Source: Burkholderiales bacterium (GTDB lineage: Bacteria > Pseudomonadota > Gammaproteobacteria > Burkholderiales > Burkholderiaceae_F). Taken from it: 28,213 nucleotides of DNA. This document shows, in pieces, positions 20,288 to 28,213 of this stretch. The number at the start of each line of letters is the position of its first letter. The stretch's first letter is position 1. The position numbers were made by a program, and so were the translations under genes. The DNA is taken from positions 1 through 28,213 of the forward strand of contig JBAIYN010000687.1 of assembly GCA_037915775.1 (NCBI GenBank). The letters are read 5' to 3'. The notes beneath the pieces are model-generated. The model did no database searches. It was not told the origin of the DNA and worked only from the letters and a program-made list of their open reading frames with translations.

Positions 20288-22099
20288 ATGGGTCGGGCCG
20301 TGCGCATGCTGGCGAGCCTGCCAGCACTGCTGGCCGGCGCGATTGTAGGTTGCTCATCCGTGGCACGGCCGCCGTCGGCGGCGCGCGACGCGCCTGCCAC
20401 CGAGGCGGCCTCTGCCACGGCGACCGCCGGCGCCGATGCGCTACCGAACGTCGACCTGACCGGACCGCTGCTGTACCAGATCATGGCAGCGGAGGTGGCC
20501 CTGCAACGGGGCGAGGCGGGTGCCGCGTTCGCCACATACATGAGCGTCGCGCGCCAGACGCGCGACCCGCGGCTGGCCCGACGCGCGGTGGAAATCGCAT
20601 TCAGCGCCCACGCACCGGCGCAGGCACTCGAAGCCGCCCTGCTCTGGCGCGAGCTGGCACCGCATTCAGTCGAGGCAGCGCAGACGCTGGCGGCGATCCA
20701 GATCGCCAACGGCCACTATCAGGACGCCGCACCCCTGCTGAAGCAGCAGATTCAAAGCGCAGCGAATCCAATCGACGAACTGGCGCGCGTACAGCGCACG
20801 CTGGCGCGCGGCCCCGATCGCGCCGCCGGCTTCCAGCTGCTCGAATCCCTGGCCGCACCCCATCTGAACGACCCGACGCGCGGCGCCGACGTGCGATTGA
20901 TTCTCGCCAGCGGCGCGCATGCGGCCGGGCTGTCGCAGCGCGCCGTGCAGGAGGCGCGTGCCGCCGTGCGACTGCAGCCGGACTCCGAGCGCACGACCCT
21001 GCTCGCAGCACAGTTCTCGGTCAGGGCCGATGGCAAGGACAGCAGCGAGGCACGGGCGCCCGCGCTTGAACTTCTGCAGGCATTTCTGCAGCGCCATCCT
21101 GATTCGACCAGCGTTCGCCTCACGTATGCCCGCCTGCAGATCGCCGACGGCAAGTACGCGGAAGCGCGCGAGCAGTTTGCCACTGTGCTGAAGCACGATG
21201 CGGACAACCTCGACGCGCTGTACGCGATGGGCGTGCTCACCCTCGACGGCAAGCCGCCGCGCGCAGAATCGCGTGCATTCTTCGAGCGCTACCTGGCCGC
21301 GCTCGATAAATCGCCGGGCAGCCGCGATCCGGACCCGGCGTACCTGAATCTCGCCCGCATCGCCGAGGAAGAACGCAAGTACGACGAGGCGTTGAAGTGG
21401 CTCGAGCGCGTCGATGAAGGAGAACAGTATCTGCCGGCGCGGCTGCGGCAGGCGCTTCTGCTCGGCAAGATGAATCGCGTCGACGACGGCAGAAGGCTCC
21501 TCGCCGATCTGGCTGCCGAACCCGCCCGCAGCGAAGAGGAGCGGACACAGATCGTGATCGCCGAAGGCCAGCTGTTGCGCGAGGCGAAGCGTTACCGCGA
21601 GTCGTTCGACGTCCTGTCTTCGGCCCTGACCAAGACACCCGACAACACCAACCTTCTGTACGACACCGCGATGGCGGCCGAGAAGCTCGACCGCCTCGAC
21701 GTGATGGAAACGCACCTGCGGCGAATGATCCAGCTGAAGCCGGACGACGCGCAGGCATACAACGCGCTCGGCTACACGTTCGCCGATCGCAACACGCGGC
21801 TGCAGGAGGCCGAGGAGCTGATCGCGAAGGCGCTGAAGCTCTCACCCAACGACGGCTACATCCTCGACTCGATGGGATGGGTGTATTACCGGCTCGGAGA
21901 CCTGCCGAAGGCGCGCGACTTTCTCGAACGGGCCTGGAAGACCCGCCCCGAAGGCGAGGTCGGCGCACATCTGGGAGAGGTGCTGTGGCAGATCGGCGAG
22001 CGCGACGGGGCGCGCCGCATCTGGCGCGAGGCGATGGCGGCCGATCCGGAGAGTGACATGCTGCGTGCCACCCTGAACCGGCTCAAGGTGAAGCTCTGA
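20288..22099 (+). CDS. Tetratricopeptide-repeat lipoprotein (LbcA/PA4667-like)
   Basis: Signal peptide with lipobox IVG-C (Cys22 from ATG 20288; alternative starts at 20261/20273), [52 protein letters not shown]; position immediately upstream of lolB-ispE. Confidence 0.88.
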   Translation: MGRAVRMLASLPALLAGAIVGCSSVARPPSAARDAPATEAASATATAGADALPNVDLTGPLLYQIMAAEVALQRGEAGAAFATYMSVARQTRDPRLARRAVEIAFSAHAPAQALEAALLWRELAPHSVEAAQTLAAIQIANGHYQDAAPLLKQQIQSAANPIDELARVQRTLARGPDRAAGFQLLESLAAPHLNDPTRGADVRLILASGAHAAGLSQRAVQEARAAVRLQPDSERTTLLAAQFSVRADGKDSSEARAPALELLQAFLQRHPDSTSVRLTYARLQIADGKYAEAREQFATVLKHDADNLDALYAMGVLTLDGKPPRAESRAFFERYLAALDKSPGSRDPDPAYLNLARIAEEERKYDEALKWLERVDEGEQYLPARLRQALLLGKMNRVDDGRRLLADLAAEPARSEEERTQIVIAEGQLLREAKRYRESFDVLSSALTKTPDNTNLLYDTAMAAEKLDRLDVMETHLRRMIQLKPDDAQAYNALGYTFADRNTRLQEAEELIAKALKLSPNDGYILDSMGWVYYRLGDLPKARDFLERAWKTRPEGEVGAHLGEVLWQIGERDGARRIWREAMAADPESDMLRATLNRLKVKL

Positions 22100-22677
22100 A
22101 CCGGCGCGCGGCGTCGCGTGCGATCCTGCTCGCTGCAACGGTCGGGCTGCTCGGAGCCTGCGCGACGCTCGCGCCCACCCGCGAGGCCGAGCGCGTTCAT
22201 CAGGGCCGCTTCGCCCTGACTGCGCAGTGGCCGGACCGGACCGAGAACAGCAGCGGACGCTTTTCCCTCGCGATTCACGCGGACGGCTTGACGCTCGACC
22301 TGGCGTCGCCCTTCGGCAACACGCTTGCGCGCATCGATACCGACGCCCACGGCGCGCAGATGACCGCGCCCGACGCGAACGGAGCGACGCAGCGGCTGCA
22401 GGGCGCGAATGCCGACGCGCTGGCAGAGCAGGCACTCGGCTGGCCGCTGCCGGTGTCTGGAATCGGCGACTGGATCATCGGTCGCCCCGTGCCCGGCCGG
22501 CCGTATCGGTCTGCACCGGGCGACAATGGCGCAATCGAGCAGGACGGGTGGACGATCCGCGTGCTCGAACGCTTTGATTCGAACGGGGCGCCGCGCCGGA
22601 TGATTTTCGAGCGCGCGGCAACGGCCGGTTCGCCGGCGGTCACGGTGCGGCTCGTTCTGGACGATCCGACCGCCTGA
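22096..22677 (+). CDS. lolB: Outer-membrane lipoprotein receptor LolB (predicted CTG start)
   Basis: Frame reads (C)[23 protein letters not shown] (lipobox), QGRFAL, SGRFSL, LDLASPFGNTLARI, LGWPLPVSG, EQDGWTI. The ORF track gives only the C-terminal 129 aa from TTG 22288. Confidence 0.88.
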   Translation: MNRRAASRAILLAATVGLLGACATLAPTREAERVHQGRFALTAQWPDRTENSSGRFSLAIHADGLTLDLASPFGNTLARIDTDAHGAQMTAPDANGATQRLQGANADALAEQALGWPLPVSGIGDWIIGRPVPGRPYRSAPGDNGAIEQDGWTIRVLERFDSNGAPRRMIFERAATAGSPAVTVRLVLDDPTA

Positions 22678-22684
22678 GGCAATC

Positions 22685-23542
22685 GTGACGCGCCTGTTCC
22701 TTGGCTTGCCGGCACCCGCAAAGCTCAACCTGTTCCTGCACGTGCTCGGCCGGCGCAGCGATGGTTATCACGAGTTGCAGAGCGTGTTCGTGCCGATCGA
22801 TCTTGCCGATACGCTCGACTTCGAACTGCGGGAAGACGGGTCGATCGAGCGCAGCGGCGACGTGATCGGCGAAGCAGAGCATGACCTCGCGCTGCGCGCG
22901 GCGAGGCTGCTGCAGAAGGAAAGCGCAACCCCGCTCGGCGCCTCCATCCATGTCGAGAAACGCATCCCGGCCGGCAGCGGCATGGGCGGCGGCAGTTCGG
23001 ACGCCGCGACGGTGCTGATCGCGCTGAACCGGCTATGGCGGCTTGGCTGGCCGCGCGCGCGACTGGCTGCGCTCGGGCAGCAGCTCGGAGCGGACGTGCC
23101 GTTCTTCATCGGCCCGGGCCCCGCGTTTGTCGAAGGCATCGGCGAGCGCTTGACACCGGTCGATTTCGCCCCCGCGTGGTTCGCGGTCGTGAAGCCGCAA
23201 GTGGCCGTCGCGACAGCAGAAATTTTCGCCGACCCCGGTTTGACCCGGGATACGAAAGTCACGATAATTTCGGCCTTTTCCGCGGGGCTTGCGCAGTTTC
23301 CACACGCTCTCTTCGGTGCCAACGATCTTGAAGCGGTCGTGCGGCGCCGGGTTCCCGAGGTCGACGCCGCGCTGACGCTGCTTTCCCGCTTCGGCGCAGC
23401 GCGGATGACGGGTTCCGGCGCGGCGGTGTTCGTCGCCGCGGCGACCCAGGAGGAGGCGCGCAGGGCAATTGCGCAATTGCCGGATGGCTGGACAGGCTGG
23501 GTCGTGAGGAGCCTGAAGCACCATCCGCTCGCGGAGTGGTGA
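22685..23542 (+). CDS. ispE: 4-diphosphocytidyl-2-C-methyl-D-erythritol kinase
   Basis: APAKLNLFLHVLGRRSDGYHELQS, KRIPAGSGMGGGSSDAA, LGADVPFF, RMTGSG; GTG start. Confidence 0.97.
   Translation: MTRLFLGLPAPAKLNLFLHVLGRRSDGYHELQSVFVPIDLADTLDFELREDGSIERSGDVIGEAEHDLALRAARLLQKESATPLGASIHVEKRIPAGSGMGGGSSDAATVLIALNRLWRLGWPRARLAALGQQLGADVPFFIGPGPAFVEGIGERLTPVDFAPAWFAVVKPQVAVATAEIFADPGLTRDTKVTIISAFSAGLAQFPHALFGANDLEAVVRRRVPEVDAALTLLSRFGAARMTGSGAAVFVAAATQEEARRAIAQLPDGWTGWVVRSLKHHPLAEW
23240..23268 (+). promoter_or_regulatory. Sigma70-type promoter inside ispE, probably driving tRNA-Gln-prs-rplY
   Basis: TTGACC (23240-45) - 17 nt - GATAAT (23263-68); both hexamers 5/6 with optimal spacing. Confidence 0.65.
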
Positions 23543-23577
23543 TCCGATTGCGGATCGCCCGCGCTTTGGTTTCGCGC

Positions 23578-23654
23578 TGGGGAGTCGCCAAGCTGGTTAA
23601 GGCAGCGGATTTTGATTCCGCCATTCGAGGGTTCGAATCCTTCCTCCCCAGCCA
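23578..23654 (+). tRNA. tRNA-Gln (anticodon TTG)
   Basis: Acceptor stem TGGGGAG/CTCCCCA + G-CCA, D arm GCCAAGCTGGTTAAGGC, anticodon arm GCGGA-TTTTGAT-TCCGC, T arm GAGGG-TTCGAAT-CCTTC; canonical ispE-tRNA-Gln-prs position. Confidence 0.98.
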
Positions 23655-23717
23655 TTTCAACGCAGCCGTCGACCGAGATGACTGGCCGCTCTTGTGCGCA
23701 GTGACAAGATGGTGCCG

Positions 23718-24668
23718 ATGGTTCCTGAGAACCTGGTCGTATTCACGGGCAATGCCAATCCGAGGCTTGCACACGCCGTCGTCCAGCACCTGAACATCCC
23801 GCTCGGGCGCGCGACCGTGTCGCGCTTCTCGGACGGCGAGGTGCTGGTCGAGATCAACGAGAACGTCCGCGGCAAGGACTGTTTCGTGCTGCAGTCGACC
23901 TGCCAGCCGACCAATGACAACCTGATGGAACTGGTGATCATGGTCGACGCGCTGAAGCGCGGCTCGGCCGGACGCATCACCGCCGCGATTCCGTACTTCG
24001 GCTACGCGCGCCAGGACCGGCGCCCGCGCTCGGCGCGCGTGGCGATCAGCGCCAAGGTGGTCGCCAACATGCTGCAGACGGTTGGCGTGCATCGTTTGCT
24101 GACGATGGACCTGCATGCGGACCAGATCCAGGGATTCTTCGACATCCCGGTCGACAACATCTACGCCAGCCCGATCCTGCTCGGCGACCTGTGGAAGCAG
24201 AACATCCAGAACCTGATGGTGGTGTCGCCCGATGTCGGCGGCGTCGTGCGCGCGCGCGCGCTGGCCAAGCGGATGGACGCGGATCTGGCGATCATCGACA
24301 AGCGCCGCCCGCGCGCCAACGTGGCCGAGGTGATGCACATCATCGGCGACGTCGAGGGGCGCACCTGCGTGATCATGGACGACATGATCGACACCGCCAA
24401 CACGCTGTGCCACGCGGCCGCCGCGCTGCGCGATCACGGCGCGACCAAGGTGATGGCCTACTGCACGCACCCGGTGCTGTCGGGCAAGGCGGTCGAGCGG
24501 ATCATGAATTCGGTGCTCGACGAGGTCGTGGTGACCGACACGATCCCGCTGCGCGAAGACGCGCAGAAGTGCCCCAAGATCCGGCAGCTGTCGTGTGCGG
24601 CGCTGCTGGGTGAAACGATTTCGCGCATCTCGCGCGAGGACTCGGTGAGCAGCCTGTTCATCGAGTGA
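23718..24668 (+). CDS. prs: Ribose-phosphate pyrophosphokinase
   Basis: [53 protein letters not shown]; start 23718 (23709 possible). Confidence 0.98.
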   Translation: MVPENLVVFTGNANPRLAHAVVQHLNIPLGRATVSRFSDGEVLVEINENVRGKDCFVLQSTCQPTNDNLMELVIMVDALKRGSAGRITAAIPYFGYARQDRRPRSARVAISAKVVANMLQTVGVHRLLTMDLHADQIQGFFDIPVDNIYASPILLGDLWKQNIQNLMVVSPDVGGVVRARALAKRMDADLAIIDKRRPRANVAEVMHIIGDVEGRTCVIMDDMIDTANTLCHAAAALRDHGATKVMAYCTHPVLSGKAVERIMNSVLDEVVVTDTIPLREDAQKCPKIRQLSCAALLGETISRISREDSVSSLFIE

Positions 24669-24670
24669 TT

Positions 24671-24747
24671 CTGGTCGCCGCCGCGAGGCGGCTTGTGCGT
24701 CCCGCCGTGGCTGGTCGCGGCCCGCGGAAACCTGATTGGAGAGTGAA
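24671..24747 (+). promoter_or_regulatory. Candidate structured 5' leader of rplY
   Basis: CTGGTCGC at 24671 and 24711, GCCGCC-GCGA-GGCGGC hairpin, second imperfect hairpin with TGGTCGCG loop, SD GGAGAG 24738-43. Confidence 0.4.
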
Positions 24748-25443
24748 ATGAAAGTCGTTGCAACCACGCGCAGCAAGCAGGGCACGAGTGCGAGCCGCTC
24801 CCTGCGCCGCGCGAACAAGGTCCCGGGAATCATCTACGGCGGCAAGGGACAGCCGGTCAACATCGAGATCGAACACAACCCGCTGTTCCACGCGCTGCGC
24901 AAGGAGAAGTTCCACGCGTCGATCCTCGACATGGAACTCGATGGCGCAAGCGAAAGGGTGCTGCTGCGGGACTTCCAGATGCACCCGTACAAGCCGCAGG
25001 TGCTGCACATCGATTTCCAGCGCGTCGCCGAGGACCAGAAGATCCACATGCGCGTGCCGCTGCACTTCGTCGGACAGGAGAACTCGCCCGCAGTCAAGGA
25101 AGCGGGCGGGCTGATCAGCCACGTGCAGTCCGAGGTCGATGTCGCGTGCCTGCCGAAGGACCTGCCCGAATTCATCGAGGTCGACCTGTCGGGAATGCGC
25201 GCGCACGAGACGATCCGCGTGCGTGATCTGAAGTTGCCCGCGGGCGTGACGCCGGTTCTGAAGGGCAAGGAGAACCCGGTCGTGGCGTCCGTCTCGACCA
25301 AGGGCGAAGAGGAAGTCGTCGAGGCCGAAGCCGCCGTCGTGCCGGCCGCCGAGGTTCCGGCCACCGCCCAGAAGGCGCCGCCGGCCGCGGAGGCCGCTCC
25401 GGCCGCCGAGAAGAAGGGCGGCGACAAGGAGAAGAAGAAGTAA
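24748..25443 (+). CDS. rplY: 50S ribosomal protein L25 / general stress protein Ctc (long form)
   Basis: GTSASRSLRRANKVPGIIYGG, VLLRDFQMHPYK, HIDFQRV, VPLHFVG, DLPEFIEVDLS; Ala/Glu/Lys-rich tail. Confidence 0.97.
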   Translation: MKVVATTRSKQGTSASRSLRRANKVPGIIYGGKGQPVNIEIEHNPLFHALRKEKFHASILDMELDGASERVLLRDFQMHPYKPQVLHIDFQRVAEDQKIHMRVPLHFVGQENSPAVKEAGGLISHVQSEVDVACLPKDLPEFIEVDLSGMRAHETIRVRDLKLPAGVTPVLKGKENPVVASVSTKGEEEVVEAEAAVVPAAEVPATAQKAPPAAEAAPAAEKKGGDKEKKK

Positions 25444-25464
25444 TCTTCGACGCTGCTGCACAAT

Positions 25465-25504
25465 GCGGCCCGCGCGTGGCGACACCGCGGGCCGTTCTTC
25501 TTTC
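25465..25504 (+). terminator. Intrinsic terminator after rplY
   Basis: GCGGCCCGCG(C)GTG-GCGA-CAC-CGCGGGCCGT hairpin with GNRA loop, followed by TCTTCTTTC. Confidence 0.6.
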
Positions 25505-25509
25505 CAGCC

Positions 25510-26124
25510 ATGGTGAATACCGAAAGCGCAATCCGCCTGATCGTCGGCCTCGGCAACGTCGGCGCCGAATACGAGCGCACGCGCCACAACGCCGGCTTCT
25601 GGTTCGTCGACGCGGTAGCGGCGAAGGCGGGCGCCCGCCTTGCGCCGGAGCGCAAGTTCCACGGCGAAGTCGCGCGGCTGAAAGACGGAGCGCGCGAACT
25701 CTGGCTGCTGAAGCCAGGCACCTATATGAACCGCTCCGGCTTGGCCGTCGTCGCGCTGGCGCTGTACTACAAGATCCTGCCGACCCAGATTCTCGTCGTG
25801 CATGACGAGGTCGATCTCGCGCCCGGCGTCGTGAAGCTGAAACGCGGCGGCGGAACCGCCGGACACAACGGACTGAAAGACATCCAGGCGAAGCTCACCA
25901 CGCCCGACTTCTGGCGCCTGCGCATCGGCGTGGGCCATCCGCGCTCGCTCGCCCTTGCGCAGGAAGTCGCCGACTTCGTGCTGCATCCGCCCGGCCGCGA
26001 GCAAGAGGCTGCGATCGATGACGCAATCACGCGCGCGCTCGACATCGTCCCCGCGCTGATCGAGGGACAGTTCGAGCGCGCGATGATGAAGCTGCACTCG
26101 GCGCCGAAAACCCCGGCCGCATGA
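25510..26124 (+). CDS. pth: Peptidyl-tRNA hydrolase
   Basis: [49 protein letters not shown]. Confidence 0.98.
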   Translation: MVNTESAIRLIVGLGNVGAEYERTRHNAGFWFVDAVAAKAGARLAPERKFHGEVARLKDGARELWLLKPGTYMNRSGLAVVALALYYKILPTQILVVHDEVDLAPGVVKLKRGGGTAGHNGLKDIQAKLTTPDFWRLRIGVGHPRSLALAQEVADFVLHPPGREQEAAIDDAITRALDIVPALIEGQFERAMMKLHSAPKTPAA

Positions 26125-27176
26125 GCGAGCCCGCATTCGTCGTGCACGCCGGCGCGCGCGTGGCGGCGCACGTGCGCGCCGATGGCATCGCCCCGCGCGA
26201 CATCGCGTGCATGCCGGCCGCCGCCGGCGGGCCCAAGGGGCTGGCGCTGATTCCGCTCGACAAGCTGCTCTTCCGCGAATGGCTGCGCGACGCCGCACAC
26301 GTCGAACTGATCGGCGCGTCGATCGGCGCGTGGCGGATGGCCGCGGCGGCGATGGCAGCTCCGGTCGCCGCGCTGCAACGGCTCGCAGATGGCTACGTCG
26401 CGCAGACGTATCCGCGCCGGCCGACCACCCGGTACGTCAGCGAAGAATGCCGCAAGCTCGCGCGCGCGGTGCTCGGCGGCGAACGGACCATCAAGCCCCG
26501 CGCCGGCATTGGGCTGTCGATCCTCACCACGCGTGCGCGCGGCGTGCTGCAGGCAAACCGGTCGAAGGCCGCGTTCGCGCGTGCCGCATTCGCCAACACG
26601 CTGGCGCGCGCACGGCTGGCAGCGCACATGGAGCGCGTCGTCTTTCACACCGCGGCGGCGCAATTTCCCGCGCACACACCGGATGCCTTCGGGCTTACGC
26701 GCGTCGCGCTCGACGAGCACAACGCAGAAGACGCGCTGCTCGCGTCGGGTTCGATCCCGCTGGTGTGCGATCCGGTGTCGGACATCGCCGGCGCGCCGCA
26801 CGGCGACTACTGGGACGGCGGCTTGATCGACTACCACCTGCGCCTTCCTTATCACGTGCTCGACGGGCTCGTCCTTTATCCGCACTTCGTTCCGTACGTC
26901 ACCCCGGGCTGGCTCGACAAGTTCCTGCCCTGGCGCAGGCAGGAGCGCGCGCATCCGTGGCTCGATAACGTGCTGCTGATCGCGCCGTCGCCCGCGCTGC
27001 TGGGCCGTCTGCCGAACCGCAAGCTGCCGGACCGCAACGATTTCTACCGCTATGGCACCGACCACGCGGCGCGCATGCGCGACTGGAAGCGCGCGATTGC
27101 CGAGAGCGCGCGCTTTGCCGACGAGGTGATGGCCTGGCTCGCGCGGCCGGATCCGGGCCTGCTGCGACCGCTGTGA
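26121..27176 (+). CDS. Patatin-like phospholipase family protein
   Basis: Gly-rich AAAGGPKG, nucleophile GASIG, ASGSIP, catalytic WDGG; ATGA overlap with pth stop. Confidence 0.85.
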   Translation: MSEPAFVVHAGARVAAHVRADGIAPRDIACMPAAAGGPKGLALIPLDKLLFREWLRDAAHVELIGASIGAWRMAAAAMAAPVAALQRLADGYVAQTYPRRPTTRYVSEECRKLARAVLGGERTIKPRAGIGLSILTTRARGVLQANRSKAAFARAAFANTLARARLAAHMERVVFHTAAAQFPAHTPDAFGLTRVALDEHNAEDALLASGSIPLVCDPVSDIAGAPHGDYWDGGLIDYHLRLPYHVLDGLVLYPHFVPYVTPGWLDKFLPWRRQERAHPWLDNVLLIAPSPALLGRLPNRKLPDRNDFYRYGTDHAARMRDWKRAIAESARFADEVMAWLARPDPGLLRPL

Positions 27177-27275
27177 CACGCCCGCACTTGGCTTGCCTGC
27201 GCTCGAAGTGACCGCGCGCGATAATTCGCCTTTTGCCTGCGGCGCGACTCGCGCCGCTTCGACTCAAGGATCTTC

Positions 27276-28213
<938 letters not shown>

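Noticed and set aside
23578-23717. tRNA-Gln as a possible integration site for an island or prophage
   Set aside because: No integrase, no duplicated tRNA 3' end seen, and prs follows directly as in the ancestral order.
25300-25443. Low-complexity Ala/Glu/Pro/Lys repeats at the end of rplY, and poly-Gln at the end of hpf
   Set aside because: Ordinary disordered tails of long-form L25/Ctc and HPF; no tandem DNA periodicity suggesting phase variation.

Overview
High-GC (roughly two-thirds G+C by eye) chromosomal window. Gene order and protein sequences suggest a Betaproteobacterium (Burkholderiales-like). It is essentially core housekeeping DNA: hisN-like IMPase (5'-truncated) -> <- ssb | uvrA -> orphan receiver-domain protein -> <- CPA2/Kef K+/H+ antiporter | kdsD-kdsC-lptC-lptA-lptB-rpoN-hpf -> ptsN-hprK -> psiF -> rapZ - Lon-N-domain protein -> <- mutY - dynamin-like GTPase - mutM | TPR lipoprotein-lolB-ispE-tRNA-Gln-prs-rplY-pth-patatin-ychF (3'-truncated). 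I found no mobile element, integrase, CRISPR array, prophage or defence island, and I cannot support a large new system here. The most interesting signals are small: (1) a near-perfect sigma54 -24/-12 promoter pointing into the K+/H+ antiporter, divergent from the operon carrying rpoN and upstream of ptsN; (2) a dynamin-like GTPase between mutM and mutY, with its stop overlapping the mutY start; (3) lolB, which can only encode its signal peptide from a non-canonical CTG start; (4) a near-consensus sigma70 promoter inside ispE; (5) a LacI/cre-like palindrome and long structured leader upstream of ptsN-hprK; (6) accessory genes (psiF, patatin, orphan REC) slotted into otherwise conserved gene strings. 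All motif calls were made by eye and no database searches were run.
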